DNA of 42,006 bases from a virus (lineage: Duplodnaviria; Caudoviricetes): positions 1 to 42,006 of IMG/VR virus record IMGVR_UViG_3300020045_021433. The stretch is one strand, 5' to 3'. Position 1 is the stretch's first letter. The number at the start of each line of letters is the position of its first letter. The position numbers and the translations under genes were made by a program. This document shows positions 26,701-35,294 of this stretch, in pieces. Below the pieces are notes generated by a model, which made no database searches, was not told the origin of the DNA, and saw only the letters and a list, made by a program, of their open reading frames with translations.

Positions 26701-27260
26701 ACGAAAACTATTTTGATTTGACTAAAGAAGCGATTATCGAAAATTCCGAAACGATTGCTGATAGTGATGGTTTGGCCGCTTTCTGGCGCATTGTCGAATA
26801 CTTGGCAGATCCTGCGCAGCATTCAATAAAACAAGGTCAGGATTTCACCATCGAGAGAGTTCGCTCCTTTGATATTTATCCTAGAAAGGATGAAAAAGTA
26901 GAATACCCAAACAAAAAAGATAGTAAAGGAAGGTATGAGAAGATCTTGTTTATCAATTTCAACAAAATACACCAGGATTATCACAAGGAAGTTACCAAAC
27001 GAAAAAACGAAGAAGTCATTGGAGCCACGACCATTCGTAATTATTTGAAATCAAAGAAATATTACATCGGTCCGTTCAAAAGTAAACGAATGGGAGATAA
27101 AGCTCCGAGTGGTTATGCTTTCAATTATTCGATGATGAAACGATTGGGCATTTTGTATCTGGAAGACGCCAACGATTCTCAAACGGAAATTTCAGAAGTT
27201 TTCGACACACCCAAAAAACATCAGATTATTACAAATCCTAATCAATTAGAACTGAAATAA
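23751..27260 (+). CDS. DnaG-type primase fused to P-loop helicase/ATPase
   Basis: CHC2-like N-term, FRDRIMFPI, GFGGR, KYLNS, TOPRIM EGYTDV and DGDKAG, EDPD; Walker A GQKDSGKS, Walker B VFCDE. Confidence 0.9.
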   Translation: MKFIKQSSIDNLIDEVRILDVIKTSEDLKKKGVNYFCNSPFTAEKSASFCVSEVKNTFYDYSAGFGGNAISFLMKRHTINYYEAIEKAASICGIVLEYEEQSEDAKKIQDEALQMKRFVALMAEQYQTQFHKLSDTDWPKEMMIAKRAFKEDTLQSFMVGYAPNVGSFISTPAINNGHFELTKTLGYTLTKNGSSYDFFRDRIMFPIHNEKGDVVGFGGRVKKADEEKYAKYLNSRESKLYLKERCLYGLWQAKKTVVSSAKAILLEGYTDVIALHQAGVQNAIATCGTSLTEGHAKLLHRFCKHVILFRDGDKAGLRAVHRDIDICLRHGFKVEVVICPDGEDPDSLSKTTDINAFIEDKREDAIIWKAKFLQEEAKNPELISLETKLRAELDEKIVQAKYTLATEEELKALNVTERKFKKKENDNIFKYIAEQEKELKMELADIPRYAPALIAQSVESMANTLHAIPNKIEQDAYVKMVAKILGQKPIVLSGIISSHEEAEAKAKKNKGQESEKKEYEVLGLPEGADKDQYLRDRFCIIGNSYWFRKENTFIKGTNFRAEALFHIDGTRENKRLCEITNHLGHKRLIDFDSKDLINFQKFQEKLIMEGFFVFEPGVSTNDFKLLTNNLFSDFNTAKELMILGLQPQGFFAFSNSVYCDDGLINFNKYGIVHIASLEKSEEERKAETETKYKADVTYFYSPSHSEIYKSANEGDDPYENDRHFIHKVAPISLDQWANQMTKVFGDKGKLGVAFCIAANFRDLFIKHYNFFPLFGGFGQKDSGKSGFGSCLQAFFYHNLNPLELNTSTLVGLSRKLSRCKNTIVFCDEMRDDIDEAMHQTLKGTWNGIGREKGKGFDSNKTTVDQIHSAVYYSGQYLPTRDDGALPSRSIIANFENKEFSSDEKEQYNKLIAWNKEGISSFILDVIKHRDYVAKNLTRAYAETSKEMKLALKEQEYQNRVFDNYIVLLVIVKMLQDKFNFPFTYENYFDLTKEAIIENSETIADSDGLAAFWRIVEYLADPAQHSIKQGQDFTIERVRSFDIYPRKDEKVEYPNKKDSKGRYEKILFINFNKIHQDYHKEVTKRKNEEVIGATTIRNYLKSKKYYIGPFKSKRMGDKAPSGYAFNYSMMKRLGILYLEDANDSQTEISEVFDTPKKHQIITNPNQLELK

Positions 27261-27261
27261 T

Positions 27262-27720
27262 ATGGAAACAATTCAAATCCCCGCAGTAATAAGACCGGCA
27301 TTGAAAGCTGAGTTATTTGGTGAAAGAGACACTCCGATAAGAAATGCTATTTATTTTGTGAAAAAGCACAAAACGAATGAGTTGCAAGGTGTTTTTTACG
27401 TTCACGGAATATTGAATGTGTACACTTTTATCTATCAGTACATTTTTAGAGAATTACACGTCATTGTTACTGAGGGAGAAGGATTTTGTTTCTTGATGAA
27501 TCTAAGATTAGGAGATCAGTTTGATGTGATTGACGGCCGTTTCTTGAGAATAAATTACAGCTATTATATTTTGGAAAGCGATAACACGGTTTCTGGTCCT
27601 CATAAAATTGCCAACGACACCGATCCTTTTGCAATAGCGGCTTTGATTACTTCGAAATCATTGTATGTGGTTGATGAAAATCAGAGTTTCCAACCTTATC
27701 AAATTCAAAAATCAGCATAG
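27262..27720 (+). CDS. Hypothetical protein
   Basis: ORF directly after primase. Confidence 0.65.
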   Translation: METIQIPAVIRPALKAELFGERDTPIRNAIYFVKKHKTNELQGVFYVHGILNVYTFIYQYIFRELHVIVTEGEGFCFLMNLRLGDQFDVIDGRFLRINYSYYILESDNTVSGPHKIANDTDPFAIAALITSKSLYVVDENQSFQPYQIQKSA

Positions 27721-27753
27721 AAAATCAATTAATAATTTAAATAACATTTAGCG

Positions 27754-28032
27754 ATGACAGAAGAAGAATTAAAAAAGAAAATAGCATTTCAAATAGGATT
27801 TGTACTCTTTTCAGGAAAAACTATTGACGAAACGGTCAGGGATTTAATGTCAATAACAAGCGATTATACCCAGTCTTTTAAAAAGAAAGCTGAAAAATGG
27901 GATAAACTTTCAGGAAAAATTAGTGAATGTTATGTAGATGAAAATGGAGACGAACTTTCGGAGGAAGATTCTGAAAATATTGATCTCGGAACAATAGGAG
28001 AAATAGCAGCGTCTGCATTTGGATGGCTGTAA
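27754..28032 (+). CDS. Hypothetical protein
   Basis: Starts in ACATTTAGCGATG repeat; KAEKWDKL motif. Confidence 0.7.
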   Translation: MTEEELKKKIAFQIGFVLFSGKTIDETVRDLMSITSDYTQSFKKKAEKWDKLSGKISECYVDENGDELSEEDSENIDLGTIGEIAASAFGWL

Positions 28033-28060
28033 ATAATAACCCAATTAAAAACATTTAGCG

Positions 28061-28306
28061 ATGGAAAACACTGAATTACCAAAAGACACCGTCAGGGAAT
28101 TATACCTTGAAAAATGCACTCCGGAACAACACATTGAATTGTTGGAACTGGAGATAAAAAATACTGAAGAACAAATGAGGTTTTATGATAAAAGTAACAT
28201 TACTAAAAACCCACTTGAACAAAAGGTAATGATGAATCGATATAAAAGTCATATCGAAAATAAGAGAGTACAAATTAAACAACTTCAAAAGAAAATTTCA
28301 CAATAA
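28061..28306 (+). CDS. Hypothetical protein
   Basis: Starts in ACATTTAGCGATG repeat. Confidence 0.7.
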   Translation: MENTELPKDTVRELYLEKCTPEQHIELLELEIKNTEEQMRFYDKSNITKNPLEQKVMMNRYKSHIENKRVQIKQLQKKISQ

Positions 28307-28326
28307 CCCAATTAAAACATTTAGCG

Positions 28327-28584
28327 ATGCAAAAAACAAAAATCAAAGCTCCGAAAAGTGGAGCAATCAGAAGAAGAGTGAGAACCACAGCCGTTTTCAT
28401 CAACTCCAACAAAGTGCAGCAGGATATCCTGACCACGAACCAAAACCTAAACGCCATCAACAGCAGTCTTTTTGTGGCGAAAAAACACGGCATCAAGCAC
28501 TGGGAATCTGTCTCTCAGAACAGCCGGAACAATACCGAGATCATCCGTGAATTGTATGCGAACCAACTTGAAGTTAAATTTTAA
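28327..28584 (+). CDS. Hypothetical protein
   Basis: Starts in ACATTTAGCGATG repeat. Confidence 0.65.
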   Translation: MQKTKIKAPKSGAIRRRVRTTAVFINSNKVQQDILTTNQNLNAINSSLFVAKKHGIKHWESVSQNSRNNTEIIRELYANQLEVKF

Positions 28585-28596
28585 AAAACAGAAATT

Positions 28597-28926
28597 ATGT
28601 ACTATATCATTTCACTTAAACACACTGCAAAATCAGATAAAATCATTTCGCTCTGGAGACCTGATAATTCGGGATATTGTATGATTGCAAAACTAGCCGG
28701 AATTTATGAAAAGCCTATAGAAGGATATCACGACTCTGAAGACAATATTCCAATTTTAGTTGACGATGCTAAAAAACTTTTTCAACCTGATCCTTTCTCA
28801 ACACTATCGCCAGCATTAGTTCTTCTGAATAATAAGAAAGTTCACGAGTTTTTAGGAGTGAAAATGGGAAAAAGACGTTTAGAAAAAATTAAGAAAATTG
28901 AATTTAAATCACTTTCTAATAATTAA
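28597..28926 (+). CDS. Hypothetical protein
   Basis: YIISLKH...LWRPDNSGYC...AGIY, typical small phage ORF. Confidence 0.7.
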   Translation: MYYIISLKHTAKSDKIISLWRPDNSGYCMIAKLAGIYEKPIEGYHDSEDNIPILVDDAKKLFQPDPFSTLSPALVLLNNKKVHEFLGVKMGKRRLEKIKKIEFKSLSNN

Positions 28927-28930
28927 CGCT

Positions 28931-29035
28931 ATGACTAGAGAAAAACTCCTCGTTACAATTTTATTATGGATTTCCATAATATTCACACTTTCTAATATAT
29001 TCATTTATTGCCTTAGATCTGATGGAAAATTCTAA
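28931..29035 (+). CDS. 34-aa membrane peptide
   Basis: MTREKLLVTILLWISIIFTLSNIFIYCLRSDGKF. Confidence 0.4.
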   Translation: MTREKLLVTILLWISIIFTLSNIFIYCLRSDGKF

Positions 29036-29765
29036 AACAAAATTTCGCCCAATATTATTCTCAACACCAATGGTTCAGGCGTTGCTAGAAAAGAGAAAAA
29101 CAATGACTAGGAGAACCAAAGGATTGGAAGAAGTAAATAAAAATCCTGATGATTGGAAGTTTGAAGCTTTTGGAAAAAATCCTGATAACGAAAAAGACAA
29201 AAGGCTGTGCGCTTATTTTACAATTAAGGGAACTGAAACCTGGTTCTATCAAATTTGCCCTTATCAAGTTGGCGATGTGTTTTGGGTTCGTGAAAACTTT
29301 TACACAGCTTCAAATTGGGATCATTGGAAACCAAGTATGCTGAAATCGGTTAATGTTGAAGTATTTTATGAAGCTGACAGAAATGATGATACTATTTCAA
29401 AACCACTACATAGAGGAAAATCAAGACCATGTATCTTTTTGCCATTTGAATATTCACGGATCTTCCTTAAAATAAAATCCATCCGAGTGGAAAGGCTACA
29501 AGACATTAGCAAGGAAGATATTAAAAATGAAGGTGTGCAACTAACAGTTGACAGAAATGGACACGTATTATTTGAATTAGGCGAAAAACACAATCCGTTT
29601 TCTTTTGCGAAAAAAACATCTATAATGTCTAATCACGAAGTATGGTTAACACATTGGGCAGCACTTTGGTGTAAAATCAATGGGTTTGAATCTTGGAAAC
29701 AAAACCCCTTCGTTTTCGTCTATGAATTTGAGCAAATCGAGAAACCTTTAAACTTCATCGTATGA
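29022..29765 (+). CDS. ASCH/PUA-like phage protein
   Basis: RPILFSTPMVQALLEKRKTMTRR, CPYQVGDVFWVRE, RVERLQDIS, SWKQNPFVFVYEF. Confidence 0.7.
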   Translation: MENSKTKFRPILFSTPMVQALLEKRKTMTRRTKGLEEVNKNPDDWKFEAFGKNPDNEKDKRLCAYFTIKGTETWFYQICPYQVGDVFWVRENFYTASNWDHWKPSMLKSVNVEVFYEADRNDDTISKPLHRGKSRPCIFLPFEYSRIFLKIKSIRVERLQDISKEDIKNEGVQLTVDRNGHVLFELGEKHNPFSFAKKTSIMSNHEVWLTHWAALWCKINGFESWKQNPFVFVYEFEQIEKPLNFIV

Positions 29766-30010
29766 CAACAGTAACTCTCTTCGGTTATTTTATTATTGCT
29801 TCTGGAACAGCAATAGTATTCACTTTGTTGGGTATAGTTTATGAAATGCAAAAAAGTAAAATTACATACACCAGAACCATTCCTGAGCCTCCAAAACATT
29901 TAAAATCTTGTGATCATCGATTCCCAATTCACGAGCCGATAACTAATGAGAATCCAAGATGTATAATATGTGGTAAAAAATTTAATGACGTTAAACTCCA
30001 AAAATTATGA
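29762..30010 (+). CDS. Membrane-anchored protein with C-terminal zinc ribbon
   Basis: N-terminal TM; CDH...CIICGK. Confidence 0.55.
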   Translation: MTTVTLFGYFIIASGTAIVFTLLGIVYEMQKSKITYTRTIPEPPKHLKSCDHRFPIHEPITNENPRCIICGKKFNDVKLQKL

Positions 30011-30336
30011 ACACAACTCACTATTTCCTTGAAAAAGGGCATTGCAATATGATGAAAAGCAAATTGCACGAAGCTATCAGCGATTACTTCAGTTCTCTCT
30101 CTGGTATGCTTATCAAAGGCGATGAACTTGAAACAATGAAGCACATTTTTGCTGAAAAAGTAAACTCGTTAAATGCAGAATTCAAAAGATGCAAGCCTGT
30201 AGAACTTCGGTTTCATTCCTATGGATTTACTAAGGACCAGGAGAAGACTATTTCAGTTCACGGCATAGACGGAATGTCTTTTTCGATGAAGGCGTGTAGC
30301 CTAAGCAATACAGTATTAATACAAACAAATTTTTAA
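30007..30336 (+). CDS. Hypothetical protein
   Basis: ATGA overlap with previous gene. Confidence 0.6.
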   Translation: MNTTHYFLEKGHCNMMKSKLHEAISDYFSSLSGMLIKGDELETMKHIFAEKVNSLNAEFKRCKPVELRFHSYGFTKDQEKTISVHGIDGMSFSMKACSLSNTVLIQTNF

Positions 30337-30345
30337 ATAAACAAA

Positions 30346-30633
30346 ATGGAAAAACTAGAAATTACAGTAATCTTCAAAAGAGTAGAAGACATCAAAGAAG
30401 TGGGAGAAAAGAAGTTTAAAACCCGAAACCTGATCGTCACGACTGAGGAACCGTTTCCTCAAACGTTGGCCATCCAATTTACACAGGATCGTGTGAACGC
30501 TATGGACATCTTTAAACCGGGTGATAAGGTAAAAATAGCCATCAACCTCAAAGGCCGTGAATGGACGAGCCCATCTGGAGATGTTATCGTTATGAATACC
30601 ATCGAGGGATGGAAGATTGAAAAAGCGATCTAA
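30346..30633 (+). CDS. DUF3127-family OB-fold (SSB-like) protein
   Basis: FPQTLAIQFTQDR...GDKVKIAINLKGREW...NTIEGWKIE. Confidence 0.85.
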   Translation: MEKLEITVIFKRVEDIKEVGEKKFKTRNLIVTTEEPFPQTLAIQFTQDRVNAMDIFKPGDKVKIAINLKGREWTSPSGDVIVMNTIEGWKIEKAI

Positions 30634-30812
30634 TGTATTCATTTACAGAAATAGCCTTGATTTTCAGCAATTGCACCTCAAAGGAAGAATGCGGCCACGC
30701 TCGTGAAGCTTTCGCTGCAATTGCTGAAGATTTATCCGGAAGAAAGATATTTTATGTGAGGAACCAACAAAGAACCCGTGAGCGGGAATTAGAACAATTT
30801 AAAACGAAATAG
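30633..30812 (+). CDS. 59-aa hypothetical protein
   Basis: TAATG overlap; MYSFTEIALIFSNCTSKEEC... Confidence 0.5.
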   Translation: MYSFTEIALIFSNCTSKEECGHAREAFAAIAEDLSGRKIFYVRNQQRTRERELEQFKTK

Positions 30813-30817
30813 GAATT

Positions 30818-31594
30818 ATGGTGCTAACTAGATTAGGAAATAAAAGAAGAATGAAGAAAGATTTAGCCAAATATTTTCCAAAACATAAAATGCGTATTGA
30901 ATTGTTTTTTGGAGCTGGAGGCAGTTTTTTTTATTTACCTGAGCCTAAATATGCAATTGTAAATGATTTGGATGATGATGTTACAAATTTGTATTTAACA
31001 ATTCAAAACTCCCTCGAGCAATTGCGTAGAGAAATTGAGATCGTTCCAATATCAGAAAGTTTGATCAAGTACTGGAAGAAAAACCGCGAAACTGAACCAA
31101 TAAAAAAAGCTGTTCGTTTTCTATTCCTTTCAAATTTTACATATATGGGGAAGGGTGATACTTTACGTGCCAGTTTAGATAATTCAAAAGATTCAATTCT
31201 GGACAATCTAACCGCTACTTTCAATAAGCTTCAAAATGTAAAAATAATGAGCCGTGATTTTAGGGAAGTGATTCCAGCAATATCATTCACTAAGGGTTTA
31301 AATGACAAAAATCATTGCTTTGTTTATTTAGATCCGATTTATTTAGGAACAGAACATTATTATAGAGTTCCTAAATGGAAAGAAATAGACACTACAGATT
31401 GCCTTGATCTTATGTTAACATGTGGAATAAAGTCTGCAATGTCAGAGTTTGATCATCCTTATGTAGTTGCTGAAGCTTTAAAAAGAGGTTTGAAAATTAT
31501 TTACCTACGTGAACGGTCAAATATTAAAAACCGAAGAACTGAAATTTTAATAACAAATTATTCTATTGACCAGGTTTCCTTAGATTTTTTGTAA
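30818..31594 (+). CDS. DNA adenine methyltransferase (Dam/D12 class)
   Basis: LGNK, ELFFGAGG, VNDLD, YLDPIY, TEILITNY. Confidence 0.85.
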   Translation: MVLTRLGNKRRMKKDLAKYFPKHKMRIELFFGAGGSFFYLPEPKYAIVNDLDDDVTNLYLTIQNSLEQLRREIEIVPISESLIKYWKKNRETEPIKKAVRFLFLSNFTYMGKGDTLRASLDNSKDSILDNLTATFNKLQNVKIMSRDFREVIPAISFTKGLNDKNHCFVYLDPIYLGTEHYYRVPKWKEIDTTDCLDLMLTCGIKSAMSEFDHPYVVAEALKRGLKIIYLRERSNIKNRRTEILITNYSIDQVSLDFL

Positions 31595-31612
31595 GTAAAC
31601 AAATTAGAAATT

Positions 31613-31900
31613 ATGCCAACAACAAAAATTGAATTATTCAAAAAATATAACATTAACGAATCTCACTCTGAATGGAGTGACACGACTGATAATTGGATGT
31701 CAGTTGAGATTTTTAGAGAAATGCACGAAGGTAGATTGCCAACTCCTGAAGACACGGATTCTAAATACATCACCCAGTTTATAGATAAGGTTTTTGATCC
31801 AAAACACTCAAATCGTTTAATGCAACTACCAAATTTTGGAAGCTTGTATTTAACTGCAAAGAGAATGATCTACAGATATCACGAACAAATTTTAAATTAG
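31613..31900 (+). CDS. Hypothetical protein
   Basis: Packed ORF with AGAAATTATG start. Confidence 0.65.
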   Translation: MPTTKIELFKKYNINESHSEWSDTTDNWMSVEIFREMHEGRLPTPEDTDSKYITQFIDKVFDPKHSNRLMQLPNFGSLYLTAKRMIYRYHEQILN

Positions 31901-31905
31901 GAATT

Positions 31906-32163
31906 ATGAGCCGCAAGATTTTGCTAATAGGAGCTTCCAGAATCACCGCTGAGTTAATTATGGAAATTGCCGCTCAGTATCCCGGAATTATAATTATTTC
32001 GGGTGTAAAACAGGCCTATAAAAGTCCATTTGAATCCGAATCTATTCCCTTTCATAACCTCAAGGATGATTCATTTGATACTTGGACTGATAAACATAAA
32101 TTTTACGAAAATGAACCCAGTAAGTTCATTGGTAAACCTAAAAATAATTTTAAAAAACGATGA
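31906..32163 (+). CDS. Hypothetical protein
   Basis: Packed ORF with GGAATTATG start. Confidence 0.6.
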   Translation: MSRKILLIGASRITAELIMEIAAQYPGIIIISGVKQAYKSPFESESIPFHNLKDDSFDTWTDKHKFYENEPSKFIGKPKNNFKKR

Positions 32164-32327
32164 AAATACAAGAAGTAGAAATCGGATTTAAATTCAAACA
32201 CGGAGAAAAAGGAGAATGTATAGTTGTCAAAAAAACAAAAAGAACAATAACTGTCAAGCATAAGTTCGGAACCACGAAAACGACATATCACTATTCGGAT
32301 CCTGATTTTTCTCCATCACATTTTTAG
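32160..32327 (+). CDS. 55-aa hypothetical protein
   Basis: ATGA overlap; MKIQEVEIGFKFKHGEKGECIVVKK... Confidence 0.5.
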   Translation: MKIQEVEIGFKFKHGEKGECIVVKKTKRTITVKHKFGTTKTTYHYSDPDFSPSHF

Positions 32328-32356
32328 ACATTCCAAAAGCATTATTATCCCATCAC

Positions 32357-32384
32357 AAACCACGCCTACAAGCGTGGTTTTTTT
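32357..32384 (+). terminator. Terminator of early operon
   Basis: AAACCACGC-CTACAA-GCGTGGTTTTTTT. Confidence 0.8.
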
Positions 32385-32394
32385 GCCTCTAGCG

Positions 32395-32870
32395 GTCAGT
32401 AATTAAAATCTGGACAAACACTATGCAATTCCTAAATGCAGCCATCAGTCAGTAATTAAAATTACCCCCGCACCCCCAATAGTAAAAAGTTATCGCCAAG
32501 ATGTGGAACAGTGGAGCTGTGGAACCTAATGTTCGAGATCTATCCGGGGTTAGTGCGAATAGAATCAAAAATTAATTTCAAATTTTCATTTTTTTTTGGT
32601 TTTCCCCCGCACCCCCAATTGGAAAAAAGTTTATGCAAGAGAGAGTGTGAAAAATATTGACAAAAAACGGTTCCACAGTTCCACAGTTCCACAATTTTTT
32701 TTTAATAGTATATAAGTATATAATAATCAAATAATTACATTAAAATTTCAATGTTTTCAATTTGTGGAACTTGTGGAACTCTATTGTAACAGTTCCACAA
32801 ATTCCATCAAGTTCCACGATACTTTTTTATTTAACTGCCTGATTTTCAGAATGTGGAACTGTGGAACTAA
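32395..32870. repeat. Putative replication origin with TGTGGAAC iterons
   Basis: Ten perfect octamers in both orientations, AT-rich core, IHF-like sites, 15- and 16-bp direct repeats. Confidence 0.75.
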
Positions 32871-32938
32871 AAAACTCAAAAAAAGTCAATTAATCTATGT
32901 ATATTTGTTTTTGAAAAAAATAATTTAATTCATTTTTT

Positions 32939-33379
32939 ATGAGCGAAAGAACTGCTATTATAATTAATTTCCCTGTAAAGCCCCACGTTTACAAGTATTT
33001 GCAGAATAAAGTAGGTGAAAAATTAGTGGTAACAAAGAGTGATTTCTTTGGTTCGATGGTTTTGGACATTCTTTCGAAGAATTATTCTGATTTTCAGGCC
33101 GTCAATGACGACTATACTTTCCCGGTTGAAATATCGATGCGATATATGGAGAAGATGGGAGTCTATCTGGATTGCCAGATCATAAGAAAGTTCAATACTC
33201 GTGTAGATGACGTCTTCCGGGAGGAAATGCGAACTTATGTAGGATTAAATTATAGAGTAAACCATATTCCAAAGGAAACATCTTTGAAGCAATTTTTGTT
33301 CAATTACAATTTAGAAGAGGATGATATTAAATTTGAAACTTTGGTCAAAGATTTATCAAGAAATTTAAAATCAGCATAA
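32939..33379 (+). CDS. Hypothetical protein, candidate transcription regulator
   Basis: Own TATATTTG promoter; ribbon-helix-helix-like N-term INFPVKPHVYKYL. Confidence 0.6.
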   Translation: MSERTAIIINFPVKPHVYKYLQNKVGEKLVVTKSDFFGSMVLDILSKNYSDFQAVNDDYTFPVEISMRYMEKMGVYLDCQIIRKFNTRVDDVFREEMRTYVGLNYRVNHIPKETSLKQFLFNYNLEEDDIKFETLVKDLSRNLKSA

Positions 33380-33457
33380 GTGGACAAAAAAAGTTTTTCC
33401 GAAATTGTCCACCATTTTTTCGGCTTTTATACATTAATTAATTGATATTTTGAAATT

Positions 33458-33907
33458 ATGATTCACGCACTTACTTCCGAAAATTACAAAAACATAAACA
33501 AGATTTCGATCTTAGATGCCAGAGACGTTTTTTATCCTATGAAATATGTGTTGCAAAAGCGTGACATCACTTTTGACGAGGATTTGGCACTTGTAATAAT
33601 TCCATTGCCGGAAGACATCAAGTATCCAGCGACTAGCAAAATGACTGATGCGGGAGTTTTGAAGGATTACAAAATAGAAATTTCGATCAATAACCAACTT
33701 CCAGAGACCGAAGCGCAACTGGAACGCAAAGTCAATAGAAAGGTAATTGTGGTTTTGCATCATAATTATGGTAAGATTATTATAGGATCTAACGAGATGC
33801 CACTCGAATTTTTGTATAATGATGACAACTCAGTAAATCCACAAGCCGATAATGGTTATACGGTTACTTGCCGTGGAAATGCTTATTTTTCTAAGGTTTC
33901 CATTTAA
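33458..33907 (+). CDS. Hypothetical protein
   Basis: 149 aa beta-rich ORF before the head protease. Confidence 0.65.
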   Translation: MIHALTSENYKNINKISILDARDVFYPMKYVLQKRDITFDEDLALVIIPLPEDIKYPATSKMTDAGVLKDYKIEISINNQLPETEAQLERKVNRKVIVVLHHNYGKIIIGSNEMPLEFLYNDDNSVNPQADNGYTVTCRGNAYFSKVSI

Positions 33908-33912
33908 AAGAC

Positions 33913-33948
33913 TGTCCTTTTAAAACCTTAGTTATCGCAGTAAAATTG
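33913..33948 (+). promoter_or_regulatory. Putative late promoter
   Basis: TGTCCTTTT...TAAAATTG upstream of head operon. Confidence 0.6.
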
Positions 33949-33983
33949 TATCGTTAAAAAATCTAACGAAACACTTTTACATT

Positions 33984-35291
33984 TTGAGCGTAAAAAATCT
34001 ACATTCTTTAATCAACGGCCGATGGTTTATTGATAAGCCATACGGCCATTCTTTGTTACCTTCTTTGTTTTCAATATTGGAAGGTAAAAACTTAGCCATT
34101 AAGTCGGAGGAACGCGAACCAGATATTTTTCTTTCGAATAGAAAAGCCGAATTAGTTGCAGCTTCAGGATTTGACTCTGGAAACAACCAGGACGAATATG
34201 TTGCCGTAATAAATTTGAAAGATCCTATTTATAAATACGATCAGGAATGTGGACCAAGCGGCACAAAATCGAAAATGCGAAGAATGCAATCTTATGCACA
34301 GGATCAAAAATGTGTAGGAGTGGTTCTCGATATTGATTCAGGTGGTGGCCAAGTTTCAGGAACTCCTGAGTTTTATGATTATTTATCTTCTTTCGGAAAG
34401 CCAGTTGTGGCTTATACCGATGGTTTGATGTGTTCGGCAGCTTATTACATAGGTTCTGCCACTTCTCACATCATCGCCAATAAACGTGCCGATGCCATTG
34501 GAAGTATTGGTGTGATGGTTTCTTTCATTGATTTTACAGGAATTTACGAAAAACAAGGAGCCAAACTGATCACAGAATATGCCACGCAATCGACCGAAAA
34601 AAACAAAGCTTTCGAAGAATTGTTGAAAGGCAATCCGGAACTCTACATCAAAACAGAGTTGGATCCAATCGCTGAAGAATTCATTAATGATATCAAAGCT
34701 GTTAGACCAGGAATTGACGAAGCCGTTTTCAAAGGTGGAACTTGGAACGCTCAGGAATCTTTAGACAAAAAACTTATTGATGCTATAGGCACGCTTCAAG
34801 ATGCCGTCGATAAAGTTTTCGAACTCGCAAATGCAAATTCAAATATTAATAATAAAAATCAATCTATGTCAAACACAAAGAGCTTTCCTGTGCTTCAGGG
34901 AATCCTTGGTATTGAAGGAGAAGGTATCAAAACCGTTTCTGAAATTCTAGGAGCCAAAGGAGTACAGATCACGGAGGCACAACTCGAATTGCTTGAGAGC
35001 AATTTAGCCGGACAGGAAGCGGCTCTTGCTGCTGCCACCGAAAAGGCGACCACAGCCAATAGCCGTGTGTCAGCATTGGAAACTGCAATTGATACAGCTG
35101 TTGCGACTGCTGGATTGACTGCCACTGTTGAAGCTACGGCTACACCAGAAGAAAAAGCTACTTTGCTTGGCGCAAAAGTAGTTGAATACGGAAAACAATC
35201 AGGAGCAAAACCAACTGTGGCACAAGCAGCAGGTGATTCTTTTGAGGAAGAAGCAGAGAGCTCTTCTATATATGAATCTTTAAAATCTTAA
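33984..35291 (+). CDS. S49 (SppA-type) prohead protease with C-terminal scaffold region
   Basis: LDIDSGGG, MCSAAYYIGS, IGSIGV; Ala-rich coiled coil after internal ATG 34866; TTG start. Confidence 0.88.
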   Translation: MSVKNLHSLINGRWFIDKPYGHSLLPSLFSILEGKNLAIKSEEREPDIFLSNRKAELVAASGFDSGNNQDEYVAVINLKDPIYKYDQECGPSGTKSKMRRMQSYAQDQKCVGVVLDIDSGGGQVSGTPEFYDYLSSFGKPVVAYTDGLMCSAAYYIGSATSHIIANKRADAIGSIGVMVSFIDFTGIYEKQGAKLITEYATQSTEKNKAFEELLKGNPELYIKTELDPIAEEFINDIKAVRPGIDEAVFKGGTWNAQESLDKKLIDAIGTLQDAVDKVFELANANSNINNKNQSMSNTKSFPVLQGILGIEGEGIKTVSEILGAKGVQITEAQLELLESNLAGQEAALAAATEKATTANSRVSALETAIDTAVATAGLTATVEATATPEEKATLLGAKVVEYGKQSGAKPTVAQAAGDSFEEEAESSSIYESLKS

Positions 35292-35294
35292 GAG

